Below are positions 9,033 through 19,604 of a DNA stretch of 64,000 nt, in pieces. The notes under the pieces are model-generated. The model ran no database searches. It was not told where the DNA came from and saw only the letters and a program-made list of their open reading frames with translations. Made by a program: the position numbers and the translations under genes. The stretch lies in NCBI GenBank assembly GCA_963783575.1, contig CAWAOD010000012.1, positions 25,732-89,731 on the forward strand, read 5' to 3'. Each line of letters opens with the position of its first letter. Within the stretch, counting starts at the first letter, position 1. Source of the DNA: an uncultured Spirochaetota bacterium. Its GTDB lineage: Bacteria > Spirochaetota > Brevinematia > Brevinematales > JAOACQ01.

Positions 9033-10535
9033 ATGTCATTGCAAGTCAAACTTTCTATTTCACTTATACGAAGCAATCCGCTATCTTTTATTTTAATTTC
9101 CATAATAATTTTTCTTTTGCAATTTAGAATTATATTTGGGGATACAAATCAGATTGGGGTTTCAGAACAAAAAATACCGCTTGTTAAGACTATTGTAGCC
9201 GGATATTCAGTTAAAAACCGAACTATTCAGCTTATTCAGATTGGAAAAGATGAAGTTAAAACAATATTGTATCTGGGGGTTTTTCATGGAAATGAACCTC
9301 AGGGCAAAGATTTACTGGAAAAATTTCTGGAATATTTAACTTTAAATCCTGATATTTATAAAGGAATAAAAATATTAATTATGCCTCTGGTTAACCCCGA
9401 CGGTTTTTCATTAAAAAAGAGAACCAATGCGAGGGGAGTTGATATTAACAGAAATTTCCCTACATCGGACTGGAGAAAAACATATACAATGGAAAGGTAT
9501 AAGCCTGGAAAAAGACTGCCGGAACCTGAAACAAGAACAATCATAAGCATTCTAAAGCAAAACTCACCGGATGTTATCATATCGATACATTCACCGCATC
9601 GCTGTATTAATTATGACGGACCCGCAAAGGATCTTGCCGATTTAATGGCAAGATACAACCATTATCCCGTTAAGCCGACAATGGGTTACCGCACACCCGG
9701 TTCTTTCGGTACATATGCCGGAAAGGAAAGGAATATACCATGTATAACTCTGGAATTATCCAGGCAAAATCCCGATTATGCCTGGAAGCAAAATAAAGAA
9801 GCTTTGCTTGCGCCAATATATTATCTTCAGCAAATTATCACAAATATAGCTTTTATGGATTTCAGCGCTAAAGGTGATATTGACCGGGTAGAAAATTTAT
9901 TAAACAGTGGATTCCCGGTTAATGAAAAAGATAAATACGGCTGGAGCGGACTGATGTATGCCGTTTATTACGGAAGGAACAATACTGCCGAATTGCTGGC
10001 AGACAGGGGAGCGGATTGCAATATCAGCGATAATCTTGGATGGAATCCACTTATTATAGCATCACAAAAGGGAAATAAATATTTAGTTAATTTATTAATT
10101 AACAAGGGAGTGTCGATAGATATAAAAGATAATTTCGGATCAACGGCTTTAATGGAAGCGGGCAGGAACGGTTATAATGAAACTGTAAAAATCCTTATAA
10201 AAAATGGCGCAGATACAACCATTAAAGATGATGAAGGCAAAACATCCCTTCTGGATGCTGCCAGGGAAAATTATCTATTAACTGTAAAAGCCCTGATTGA
10301 AGGCGGTGCGGATGTAAATGAAAGAAGCAGTTCAGGCAGAACGCCTCTTATCGAAGCGTCTCTTTACGGTTATTCAACTCTTGTTAGATTTCTTCTGAAG
10401 AAGGGCGCGGATCCTTTCATAACCGACAATCAGGGGCATACAGCTTTGAAAGAAGCGCAACTGGAACATAACACAAAAGTTGCCGCCTTTTTAAAAAAAT
10501 TTCAATCTAAATACAAAAGTAATAATCATATGTAA
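9033..10535 (+). CDS. M14 zinc carboxypeptidase (MpaA-like) fused to ankyrin repeats
   Basis: AAGGAG RBS before ATG 9033; HGNE, NPDG, RTNARGVDINRNFP, EPET, IHS and TLEL motifs; then about six GxTPL/GxTAL ankyrin repeats. Confidence 0.88.
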   Translation: MSLQVKLSISLIRSNPLSFILISIIIFLLQFRIIFGDTNQIGVSEQKIPLVKTIVAGYSVKNRTIQLIQIGKDEVKTILYLGVFHGNEPQGKDLLEKFLEYLTLNPDIYKGIKILIMPLVNPDGFSLKKRTNARGVDINRNFPTSDWRKTYTMERYKPGKRLPEPETRTIISILKQNSPDVIISIHSPHRCINYDGPAKDLADLMARYNHYPVKPTMGYRTPGSFGTYAGKERNIPCITLELSRQNPDYAWKQNKEALLAPIYYLQQIITNIAFMDFSAKGDIDRVENLLNSGFPVNEKDKYGWSGLMYAVYYGRNNTAELLADRGADCNISDNLGWNPLIIASQKGNKYLVNLLINKGVSIDIKDNFGSTALMEAGRNGYNETVKILIKNGADTTIKDDEGKTSLLDAARENYLLTVKALIEGGADVNERSSSGRTPLIEASLYGYSTLVRFLLKKGADPFITDNQGHTALKEAQLEHNTKVAAFLKKFQSKYKSNNHM

Positions 10536-10569
10536 AAAACAAATTGAATTAATAGCCAGAGGCCGGAAT

Positions 10570-11950
10570 ATGAAAATAACATCAACCACCCTGTTTTTTT
10601 TACTGCTTACAATATCAGGTTTCTGCAGCTTTACTGAAAGATCAAATGATGGAAAAATACTATCGAATGTTGAAATGGTACAATGGATTATTGACACAAT
10701 ATCTTACAATCGTGAGGAAGAAATAGACAATTCTTTATTACAGCACCCTTCATGTTTTTTCAAACATCAACCTGAGTGAAGCATATTATACAGCCGGACT
10801 GGATTTCTATGATCGAAGACTGAAGATGCTGGCATATAAATCCTTTAATAAGGGTTTTTCAATAGACACTTCCGTTAAAGATTCCGTTAATATTTCTGAA
10901 AATGATTTCATAATTGATGAATCTGATAAATTTAAATGCGGTTACCAGGCCGCAAAAATTTTATACCAGATAGGGAAGAGAATTGAAGCCCTGCATATTG
11001 TGAATAAAATTATGGAGATCAGCAATATTGAACCCGGATTAAAATATATAGCTTCGCAGTTTAAACAAAGAATTTCTTGGGAATATATTTCCAGGAGCGA
11101 GGGTTTACCGAATGAAAGCATCAGTGATATGAAATGGGAAGGAAATAATTTATGGATCGGGATGTGGACAGGCGGACTCGCGAAATATTCCGGAGATTCA
11201 CAACAGCTCACAATTTATCGAAATAAAAGGAATGGTTTGATTTCACCGCAGGTCAGGAATATAATGGTAGCAGGAAATAAAATCTGGATCAGCACATATG
11301 ACGGACTTTGTTATTATGATACAAAGAAAATCCGCTGGGTCAGGGAAAAGGGTAAATTGGGACATTCCCTTGTTAAAATGATAAAGATAGTTAACAGCGA
11401 TTATTACGCTTCCATTCTGGGAAGCGGTTTGTACCGCTATGACAATAAAAAAAACAGGTGGCAGCTGTTCTTTAATAAATCCAGGCAGGTAACCGACTTT
11501 TTGGAATTTAATAACAAGCTTTATCTATCAACACTTGATCATGGATTATTCGTTTATAAAAATAATAATTTTGTTAATATCACTGGAAATTACTGTATTA
11601 AGACACTATGCGGCTTTGACGGAATGATATGGGCCGGTACTCACAGTAAAGGGATATTGCTCATAAATAACAATGATATGATTGAAAAAGAATTGACTGT
11701 AAAAGACGGTTTATCTTCTGATTATGTTGAAACAATTGAAAGTATAAGCAATAAATTATTAATAGGTACTCTCGGCGGCGGGGTCTGCATCTTTCACCCG
11801 GAAACCGGCAATTTTTACATAATGGACATTAAACAGGGACTTCCCGGCAATGATGTAATTCGGATTGCTTTTAAAAACAACAAAATCTGGTTCGGAACAA
11901 TTTCCGGAGGGATTGGTATCCTCCTGACAGAAAACTATAAGGATATATAA
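10570..11950 (+). pseudogene. Secreted TPR-like + beta-propeller (two-component regulator propeller type) protein, split by an apparent frameshift near 10725
   Basis: The 69-aa signal-peptide ORF overlaps an open frame TILYYSTLHVFSNINLSEAYYTAGLDFYD that runs into the 374-aa ORF with repeated GL(P/S)xxxV...WIGTxxGG blades. Confidence 0.65.
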
Positions 11951-11952
11951 TT

Positions 11953-13563
11953 ATGAAGATTGCTTTAAAAGAAGATATTTATAGAATCGACCGCCTATGC
12001 CATGAAAATTTTCATATACCGGTTTCAATTCTTATGGAAAATGCAGGGATAGCAGTTTACACATTTATTCTGGAAAATTTACGGGAATATTTGGGCAAGA
12101 AGTTTTTATTTCTATGCGGAACAGGAAATAATGGCGGAGATGGTGCCGTTGCAGCCAGAAAGTTAATTCTCGACGGCTGCATTGTCAGTGTAATTTTAGC
12201 CGATTCGATATCATCCATTAAGGGCGATGCAAAAACGAATTTTGATATTCTCAACGATTTAAAATGCCGGTTTATCCTTTTAAAAGATATTGACAAAATA
12301 GAAAGTTTTATTCCCAATTTTGACATTATAATTGACGCGGTTTTCGGTATAGGATTCCATGGAGAACCTGACTCTGAGATTTCAGGGTTATTTAAGGCAG
12401 TCAATCATTCAGGCAAAACGATAATATCCGTTGATATCCCCTCGGGCGTATATGCGGGAGGAGGCGCTTCAAAAGATGCGATAAAAGCTGACTTTACAAT
12501 TACATTAGGACTCCCCAAGCTCGGTATGATTGACTTCCCGGGCCGTGAATTTACCGGTAAAAGGATTATCAATAAAATAAATATTCCTGATTCACTATTA
12601 AACGATAAAATAATGATAAATAATTTGATTACCGATGAAGAAATATGCAATATTTATCAGCCCAGGATAAGAAATACGTATAAAGGAAGCTATGGTCATC
12701 TTCTCATTATCGGGGGCAGCGCCGGTAATATCGATAACGGCGATCCGGGTATGAGCGGAGCGGTCATTATTGCCGGAACAGCGGCTTTAAGAGCAGGAAC
12801 GGGTTTATTGACAATAGCATGCGAGGATAAAAATTCTATCCCCGTTAAAACAAGCCTTCCGGAAGCGCTGACTTTAGGGATTGACCCGACGGATTTGGAA
12901 AAATCAATTCAATGCCTCAATAAATATATCATTAAAAGAAAAATAAAAAGCGTTCTTTTTGGAAATGGATTTGGAACCGGGGAGTTTCAAATGAGAATGT
13001 TGAAGTATATACTTGAGGAAAAGCAAATAAAAAAACTGGTGATTGATGCCGACGGCTTAAATATACTCGCTAATTATCCCGAAATGAAGAAAATTATGAA
13101 AAAAAGCGGCAAGGAAATAATTTTGACCCCGCATATCGGAGAGATGGCAAGGCTTGTAAATACTGAAACAGGTCTTATAATAGCAAATAAAATTAAAACG
13201 GCCGGAGAATTCTCCTCCGAATTCAATTCAGTTGTCATATTGAAAGACTCAATCAGTGTAATAGCCGGGTCCGGAGAAATCTGGCTGAATGAAAAAGGGA
13301 GCTCTTCCCTGGCAAAAGGCGGCAGCGGTGATATACTGGCCGGACTTATAGCAGGGCTTTTCGAGTCCGGTTATTCTGCGTTAAATTCTTCAATTCTTGG
13401 AATATATATCCTTAGCCGCGCCGGAGAAATTTATGATGACCGTTTTGGAACAGAATCCGCCCTTTCAAGAGATATATTATCTTTAATACCGGATGTCTGG
13501 AAATTAATTTATAAAGATTTCTCTTCAGATAAGACTTTTATTAAAAAAGGAATTATGGGTTAA
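11953..13563 (+). CDS. nnr: Bifunctional NAD(P)H-hydrate epimerase/dehydratase
   Basis: LMENAG, CGTGNNGGDG, DAVFGIG, DIPSG; then GHLLIIGGS, VIDADGL, LTPHIGE, LAKGGSGDILAG. Confidence 0.95.
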   Translation: MKIALKEDIYRIDRLCHENFHIPVSILMENAGIAVYTFILENLREYLGKKFLFLCGTGNNGGDGAVAARKLILDGCIVSVILADSISSIKGDAKTNFDILNDLKCRFILLKDIDKIESFIPNFDIIIDAVFGIGFHGEPDSEISGLFKAVNHSGKTIISVDIPSGVYAGGGASKDAIKADFTITLGLPKLGMIDFPGREFTGKRIINKINIPDSLLNDKIMINNLITDEEICNIYQPRIRNTYKGSYGHLLIIGGSAGNIDNGDPGMSGAVIIAGTAALRAGTGLLTIACEDKNSIPVKTSLPEALTLGIDPTDLEKSIQCLNKYIIKRKIKSVLFGNGFGTGEFQMRMLKYILEEKQIKKLVIDADGLNILANYPEMKKIMKKSGKEIILTPHIGEMARLVNTETGLIIANKIKTAGEFSSEFNSVVILKDSISVIAGSGEIWLNEKGSSSLAKGGSGDILAGLIAGLFESGYSALNSSILGIYILSRAGEIYDDRFGTESALSRDILSLIPDVWKLIYKDFSSDKTFIKKGIMG

Positions 13564-13923
13564 TAAATCTATCTTATTAATGATATTTTTATAATACAAC
13601 GGCAGATCGATGAAATATATGTTATTCAAGCTTATTGATTCCATATACTTTTCTTCAAAAAGATGGTTTGAAACATATAGAATTGGTGTTTGTCCATTTT
13701 CCCTGATCTTTTGTGAAAACTTTATGGCTTCCCATAAAGCATGAAAATCGATTAAAATAATTTGAGGCTTATATTTTAAATACAGATTAAAAGCATCGCC
13801 GCTGTTTTTCGCGACAAGCAGTTTCTTAACTTTATTTACAAGATATTCAGAGATTAAAATCCTCAGTTCTTCATTATCTTCAGCATAAAGCAATGTAATA
13901 TCAAACATTCCCTTGATTTTCAT
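13525..13923 (-). CDS. Single-domain, atypical response-regulator receiver
   Basis: LLYAEDNEELR and IILID retained; the conserved KP is replaced by DLP. Confidence 0.7.
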   Translation of the reverse strand: MKIKGMFDITLLYAEDNEELRILISEYLVNKVKKLLVAKNSGDAFNLYLKYKPQIILIDFHALWEAIKFSQKIRENGQTPILYVSNHLFEEKYMESISLNNIYFIDLPLYYKNIINKIDLLTHNSFFNKSLI

Positions 13924-13944
13924 ATGTCTTGCTTCCTTAAATAA

Positions 13945-15093
13945 TCATAATAAATATCCGGAATCCATTACAGCCCGGAACCCGTATAGAACCTCTTTAA
14001 TTTCTTTTCTGGTTCCAAGGTATATCTGGCCGTCCGAAAGCATCACCAGGTTTTTTGTTCCAAGTGACATTGTGTTGACAATCCGGATATTCTCAGTATC
14101 AGTCTCATTATACAAGTGCTCCCAGACAGAAGGAATATTAAAAGGCAGATATAATTCGGGATGAATAAAAGCCAATCTTTCATATTTATTAATAAAGAAC
14201 TGAATATTTGAAAATAAATTTATTGTTTGATCATTTTTTTGAATGATAACCTGAATTTCCGGTAATAAAATCTTATTAGAAGCATCGGTTATTAAAGATA
14301 TTATTGAAGAAGTATATTTTGATAAACTTTGTAAACCCTTTGGTATCAGTATATTTTTACCAATGCAATTAAACGTCATTGTTTTAGTGTTTTCAACAGG
14401 TGTTTCAGGAATTAAAATCAAATTATATTTATTATATTTTAAGTATTTTAATGTGGAAGTAAGGTTTTCTTTAATTTTACTATCATAAAAAATCATTTCA
14501 CTTGAATTGCAGCCTTTTCCAAAATATCTGCTAAAGTAATTCATTTTTAGCCGGAAACTACTGTTGTTCGCTGAGTATTCATCGGAAATACCAATGTTTT
14601 TGAGAAGTGATTTGAAAATTGATTTTATTATTATTAACATTGGTTTATCTACAAAAATGATGGCGCTTTCACCGATAGTTATCAATTGGGTTATTAAAAT
14701 TAATATTGTCAATTTAGAATCGATAAAATTATGGACCAGAAATAATTTATTTCCTTCAATATTTGTCAATTTTAAATTTGAATAATACGGCTTTAAGCAA
14801 TAAGCGGAAAAAAACAGAAATAACCCGGGGAAATATATTGCAAATAAAAACATTGATGATTCAAAATTAGATAAACGGAATAACTTTCTTGCAGTAAGTA
14901 TCATATCTGTGATTTTATCCCCCTCCCCGGCCATAGAACCGCTTAATACTTCAATAACCCGTATAATATTTTTCTGTTCGGGGGTAAAATCAGTTTTATC
15001 TTTATGGAAAAACATAAATATTTTTGTTTTAATATAAAAAAAACGGCAAAATAATGAAATGAAAAAATAAATAAATAAACTGCCGATATTCAT
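13945..15093 (-). CDS. Hypothetical protein, possibly a divergent LpxL/HtrB-like acyltransferase
   Basis: AAGGAG RBS supports ATG at 15093; N-terminal TM; FLVHNF; F..IGK..LIPKG...LSKYT and YE..A..HPELY..W resemble lipid A/lysophospholipid acyltransferase blocks. Confidence 0.45.
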   Translation of the reverse strand: MNIGSLFIYFFISLFCRFFYIKTKIFMFFHKDKTDFTPEQKNIIRVIEVLSGSMAGEGDKITDMILTARKLFRLSNFESSMFLFAIYFPGLFLFFSAYCLKPYYSNLKLTNIEGNKLFLVHNFIDSKLTILILITQLITIGESAIIFVDKPMLIIIKSIFKSLLKNIGISDEYSANNSSFRLKMNYFSRYFGKGCNSSEMIFYDSKIKENLTSTLKYLKYNKYNLILIPETPVENTKTMTFNCIGKNILIPKGLQSLSKYTSSIISLITDASNKILLPEIQVIIQKNDQTINLFSNIQFFINKYERLAFIHPELYLPFNIPSVWEHLYNETDTENIRIVNTMSLGTKNLVMLSDGQIYLGTRKEIKEVLYGFRAVMDSGYLL

Positions 15094-15319
15094 ATTTATT
15101 TCTCCTTGAAACCGTATTGAAGCATAAACTCCAATTAAAATACAAGGGGCTTCCTCATTATTAATCCTTTGGCAAATGAGTGGGGTTGGATACATTAATA
15201 GGCAGGCTGGTTAGGTGGGGGGTACTTTACCATGCTTGGACCTAAAACAATACGTATCCATTTACATATTACCAAAAAATAATCTTTGGATAGCCCCGTT
15301 GTATTAGATTTTTAGATTA

Positions 15320-15499
15320 TTAACATAATGCATCCGTCTTTTTACATAACAGTTTACTTCTATTAAAAGTTTCAAATACGCAAGCATAGGGTTCTTTCAG
15401 ATCATTAAGGTCGATCCTTTTTAATTTGCTAATGTTTTTTAACAAGTATTCATTAGCACTATTTAGATTTTCAACAATACCGACTACTGCACCTTTCAT
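15320..15499 (-). CDS. Small protein, 59 aa (MKGAVVGIVENLNSANEYLLKNISKLKRIDLNDLKEPYACVFETFNRSKLLCKKTDALC); not in the ORF track
   Basis: AAGGAG RBS 7 nt before ATG; lies directly downstream of a good promoter. Confidence 0.6.
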   Translation of the reverse strand: MKGAVVGIVENLNSANEYLLKNISKLKRIDLNDLKEPYACVFETFNRSKLLCKKTDALC

Positions 15500-15540
15500 A
15501 ACACAACTCCTTAATTTTATTTATAATTGAAACTGTGTTT

Positions 15541-15608
15541 ATTATGTTTGGAGTCGTGTGGTGAGTCAATAGTACTTTAGGTAACAATTTTAATGGTACT
15601 AAAGTACT
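15541..15608 (-). promoter_or_regulatory. sigma70 promoter with adjacent inverted-repeat operator
   Basis: Minus strand TTGACT-17-CATAAT (15569-15541); perfect 10-bp inverted repeat AGTACTTTAG (15571-15580) / CTAAAGTACT (15599-15608) just upstream of -35. Confidence 0.7.
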
Positions 15609-15635
15609 TTTCTTAATTTAAAAGGATATTGTAAG

Positions 15636-16571
15636 CTAAAAAAATTGTGCTATAGAATTAATTAATTCAGTACGGCTTTTAATCTTCATCTTCTGATAAA
15701 TATTGTAGATATGATTTTTGACAGTCTGAGTTGCAATGAAAAGATGATCGGCTATTTCCTGATTAGAGTATCCTTTTAGAATGAGGGATATTATTTCAAA
15801 TTCCTTTTCCGATATAAGAAACTCTTTTACAAATGACTCGGGAATTCTAACGCTTGGAAGAATATTGATTTTTGTGATAAAGTATTGAATAACATATATA
15901 ATACTTATTATATTCCAGGATAAATAATAAATACTAGAGAAAGTAAATCCTAATGGTAAAATTTTCCAATCAAGCTGTGTCTTTAAATGAATAAAATCTA
16001 AAAGAAGGCCAGGAAGAAATAATATACTCAGAAAGAAAATGCTGTTCAATATTTTTTTATTGACTTCATTTTCAATCTTAGTTTTATAATACCATAGAAG
16101 ATAAAGTATGTAAAATATTATGGGAATAAGTGAAGGTGTAGCAATGACATTAAGCTCAAATTTAAGAATATTATTAATTACCAACAATTTATTATTAGTT
16201 AAAAAAGGAATAACAAGCATTATATAAATAATTGATGTCAGAAAAATAAAAACATATTTTTTAAAACCACTAAACCCTAATCCAAGTAGTTGATGAATAA
16301 AAAGAGGCATATAATATACGAATAAACCTAACCAGATAAAGTACATTGTATAAATAAAAATAAAATGATATTCGTTATTATTATTAATTATTGTTGCCGA
16401 ATATGTTGAAAAAAAAGCAATAATAATGTAAAAAGTAAATAGGAATAAAAAAATCAAATAACTTTTAATTATTTGTATTTTGTATTTTAAATAAACAATA
16501 AAAAATAAAAGTGTTGCTGCGATACCTACAGAAAAAGATATGATATATATAAAAATAACAAAATGACGCAT
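15636..16571 (-). CDS. Multi-pass membrane LuxR-family transcriptional regulator
   Basis: About 7 hydrophobic helices, then ISEKEFEII...GYSNQEIADHLFIATQTVKNHIYNIYQK; GGAG RBS before ATG 16571. Confidence 0.9.
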   Translation of the reverse strand: MRHFVIFIYIISFSVGIAATLLFFIVYLKYKIQIIKSYLIFLFLFTFYIIIAFFSTYSATIINNNNEYHFIFIYTMYFIWLGLFVYYMPLFIHQLLGLGFSGFKKYVFIFLTSIIYIMLVIPFLTNNKLLVINNILKFELNVIATPSLIPIIFYILYLLWYYKTKIENEVNKKILNSIFFLSILFLPGLLLDFIHLKTQLDWKILPLGFTFSSIYYLSWNIISIIYVIQYFITKINILPSVRIPESFVKEFLISEKEFEIISLILKGYSNQEIADHLFIATQTVKNHIYNIYQKMKIKSRTELINSIAQFF

Positions 16572-16757
16572 CGCTGACTCCAGTATTGCATCAGAACACT
16601 TTGCACATTGCATTTAGCATCGATACTTATTATATCATACTTTAAACCCATGTCAATATTATTATTATTATAGTTCATCAGTTCATGCTTCAAATAAACC
16701 TATAAATAAACAATCCTCAGGTTTGACTTTTTATATCAAATATATTATATTGTATAA

Positions 16758-16776
16758 TTGTTATATCATGAAACAA
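16758..16776. promoter_or_regulatory. Putative MarR operator (imperfect palindrome)
   Basis: TTGTT-ATATCATGA-AACAA between a TTGACT...TATATT promoter-like element and the AGGAG RBS of the efflux operon. Confidence 0.45.
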
Positions 16777-16804
16777 ACTTGAAAACATTTATTAGGAGTA
16801 TTTA

Positions 16805-18166
16805 ATGAAAAGAATATTAATCTCATTATCGGTACTGATTCTTGCAGGAAATATCTTCGCGGAGATAAGGACAGTCACACTCTCCAACGCCATCGAACTT
16901 GCACTTCGTAACAATCTGTCTATAGCGAAAACAGAAAAAGAAATAGAAATAGCGGAAGCACAATACAGCGAGTCTCTGGCGGATTTTGCTATGCCATCGA
17001 TCAATGGCACAGCCACTTTCACCGAACTGGATCCTCAAACTGTCCAGGACGGAATTATGAGTCTTGATCTCCCCTTAGGGACAAGGACCTTCTCTTTGGT
17101 AATGACCAATGTTTATCCCGACAATTACCACACTGGTATTTCAATAACAAAGCCTCTTTTTGCCGGATTTAAGCTTTGGAATTTAATGTCTGTAAGAAAG
17201 GATTATCTGGAACTGGCGAAAGCAAAATTCAAAGACATGAAAAGCGAGGTGGTTTCAAGCGTTACGATTTCTTTTTATAACCTTTTTCTAATTAAGGAAA
17301 CCATTAAAAGCCAGGAGGATTATACCCTGTCGCTTAAAGACCATGTGACCTATACGAGCAATAATTATGTTTCAGGGAATGCTACCGAGTACGATTTTAT
17401 AACAGCCAATCTCAGGTACAAGCTCAATATCCCGAAATTGACCGACCTGTCGAATAATTATAAAAATGAAAAGCTTTTATTCTGCCAGCAGATAGGTATA
17501 AATGATCCTAAGTCAGTGGAGATCATCGGCGACTTACAGGATACCACAAACATATCGCTCCCTTTAACAAATAATGATGAAATCCTCAATATGGCTTTTT
17601 CAAACGATATAAACCTTTTAAATATCGACACTTCCATAAAAATTGCAAAACTTTCAAAGGAGATAGCGAAAGGCGGTATGTACCCAACGCTTGGTGCTTT
17701 CTTCAACTATGGGTACGACCTCAGTAAAACCAATTCTTTCTCCACGGTAGACAGAACCTGGAACAGTTCCTGGAGTGCGGGCCTTCAATTGTCAATGTCT
17801 TTTGACAGCCTTATTCCTGTAGTATCGAAAACCTGGAATAGCGTACGGGAGGCTGAGAAGAATATCGAGTCGCTTGAATTGCAGAGAAGCATGGCAACAA
17901 ACTCAATAACCCTGCAGGTTCAATCCCTTCTTCTCCAGCTTGAAGAAGGCAGGGAGAATATAAGCGTTTCCCTGGATGATATTAATCTGGCAAAACTCGG
18001 TCTTCGCCTTGCCGACGCGAGATACAAGGCCGGAAACTCGACCGAGCTTGAAGTTGTTGACGCGGAGAATTCAGTGGTCGAAGCAGAGGCCAGGTGGTTT
18101 AAAACGATTTTCGATTATTACAGCTCAAATATCAGGCTTAACCGCCTTATAGGCAAATTGGATTAA
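16805..18166 (+). CDS. TolC-family outer membrane efflux protein
   Basis: Signal peptide; LSNAIELALRNN; duplicated OEP pattern; ARYKAGNSTELEVVDAE. Confidence 0.9.
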   Translation: MKRILISLSVLILAGNIFAEIRTVTLSNAIELALRNNLSIAKTEKEIEIAEAQYSESLADFAMPSINGTATFTELDPQTVQDGIMSLDLPLGTRTFSLVMTNVYPDNYHTGISITKPLFAGFKLWNLMSVRKDYLELAKAKFKDMKSEVVSSVTISFYNLFLIKETIKSQEDYTLSLKDHVTYTSNNYVSGNATEYDFITANLRYKLNIPKLTDLSNNYKNEKLLFCQQIGINDPKSVEIIGDLQDTTNISLPLTNNDEILNMAFSNDINLLNIDTSIKIAKLSKEIAKGGMYPTLGAFFNYGYDLSKTNSFSTVDRTWNSSWSAGLQLSMSFDSLIPVVSKTWNSVREAEKNIESLELQRSMATNSITLQVQSLLLQLEEGRENISVSLDDINLAKLGLRLADARYKAGNSTELEVVDAENSVVEAEARWFKTIFDYYSSNIRLNRLIGKLD

Positions 18167-18196
18167 TATATATTTTATATAATCTAAGAGGTATTT

Positions 18197-18667
18197 ATGA
18201 TCGAATCCGACATTGATAAACTGGTAGATTCTTTCGCGACTCTTATCCCGGTATTTATGAAAGCCGTAAAGCAGGTCATGTCCGAAGTGCTCCTGAATCA
18301 CGATATTTCCAATGTTCATATGCAGATAATGTTTATTCTGCAGCATGAGGGGCAACTTAATATGTCGGCACTCGGTAAAAAAATAATGGCCCCGAAACCC
18401 AATGTTACCGTTTTCATAGATAAATTGATAAAAATGGGCTACGTTGAGCGTTTATACAATGATTCCGACCGGAGAATTATTTCCGTGAGACTCACGGAAT
18501 CAGGCCATAACAGAGTCACCGAGTATATGAAAGAAATGAAAAAGTATTTCAGGCAGATGCTGAACAGGTATAGTGAAGAAGACCTTGAAATACTTAAAAC
18601 CTCAATTGAAAACTTAAATCACTATATTGAAAAATATAAGTATAATAAGGAGAAGAATAATGGCTGA
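18197..18667 (+). CDS. MarR-family regulator
   Basis: KPNVTVFIDKLIKMGYVER...DRRIISVRLTESG. Confidence 0.92.
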   Translation: MIESDIDKLVDSFATLIPVFMKAVKQVMSEVLLNHDISNVHMQIMFILQHEGQLNMSALGKKIMAPKPNVTVFIDKLIKMGYVERLYNDSDRRIISVRLTESGHNRVTEYMKEMKKYFRQMLNRYSEEDLEILKTSIENLNHYIEKYKYNKEKNNG

Positions 18668-19595
18668 TATAGCTAATGAATCGAAGAAAAGAAGCGGAAA
18701 TAATAAATTTCTTATAGGTTTAATTATATTGATTGTTTTGATTGCGGGCGGATGGTTCTGGTACGTTTTCATAAACAGTTCCCTAACCATAGACGACGCT
18801 TATATAGACAGGGACAAGGTTTCTATCAGCCCTAAAATGCTAGGGAAAATCTCGAAAATATACGTTCAGGAAGGTGACCGGGTAACAAACGGACAACTGC
18901 TTGTCGAACTCGATAAGTCGTTCCTGACAGCCCAGGAGAAACAGGCTAAGGCCGCTTATAATGTAGCCCTGGGAAACATTGAGTCCGTAAGAATAAATCT
19001 TGAACGTGCACAGGATGATTATACCCGCGCCGATACTCAGTTTAAAAGCTCGGTCATTACCGTTGAGCAGTATTCACATGCGAAAAAGGCGCTTGAGGCT
19101 GCAAACGCTTCGTATTCAGTAGCCGTCAGCCAGGCAAACATGTCTATGGCCCAGCTCAATATTACAAAGGTTAATCTTAACGATGCCTCGCTCTATTCGC
19201 CATATAATGGAGTCGTCGCCAAGAAATGGCTCATGGAAGGCGATGTCGCCCAGCCGGGCGAAGCTATCCTGACTGTAAATGATATGGAAGATATCTGGGT
19301 AACGGCGAATATAGAAGAGGTCAATCTGTCAAGCTTCAGGGTCGGTAAGGAAGTCTCAATACATATTGATGCGTACCCCGGTATTCATTTAAAGGGAAAA
19401 GTCAGGGAAATAGGGACAGATACAGGTTCACAGTTCTCGCTGGTACCTCCCAATAATGCTTCAGGAAACTTTACAAAGGTTACGCAAAGAATACCTGTAA
19501 AAATATCAATCGATACAAATAATCCGTCAATCCGTTCTTCGGCAAATTTTTTGCCGGGAATGTCGGTTGAGGTTATGATTAAAAAAAGAGGGTAA
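18660..19595 (+). CDS. EmrA/HlyD-family periplasmic adaptor
   Basis: DDAYI, VQEGDRVTNGQLL, FSLVPPNNASGNFTKVTQRIPVKI; AAGGAG RBS supports ATG 18660. Confidence 0.92.
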   Translation: MADIANESKKRSGNNKFLIGLIILIVLIAGGWFWYVFINSSLTIDDAYIDRDKVSISPKMLGKISKIYVQEGDRVTNGQLLVELDKSFLTAQEKQAKAAYNVALGNIESVRINLERAQDDYTRADTQFKSSVITVEQYSHAKKALEAANASYSVAVSQANMSMAQLNITKVNLNDASLYSPYNGVVAKKWLMEGDVAQPGEAILTVNDMEDIWVTANIEEVNLSSFRVGKEVSIHIDAYPGIHLKGKVREIGTDTGSQFSLVPPNNASGNFTKVTQRIPVKISIDTNNPSIRSSANFLPGMSVEVMIKKRG

Positions 19596-19604
19596 AATAA
19601 TTTT

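Noticed and set aside
15094..15195. N-terminal 34 aa of the 416-aa ORF-track protein
   Set aside because: A clear AAGGAG RBS lies before ATG 15093, so the upstream extension is probably not translated.
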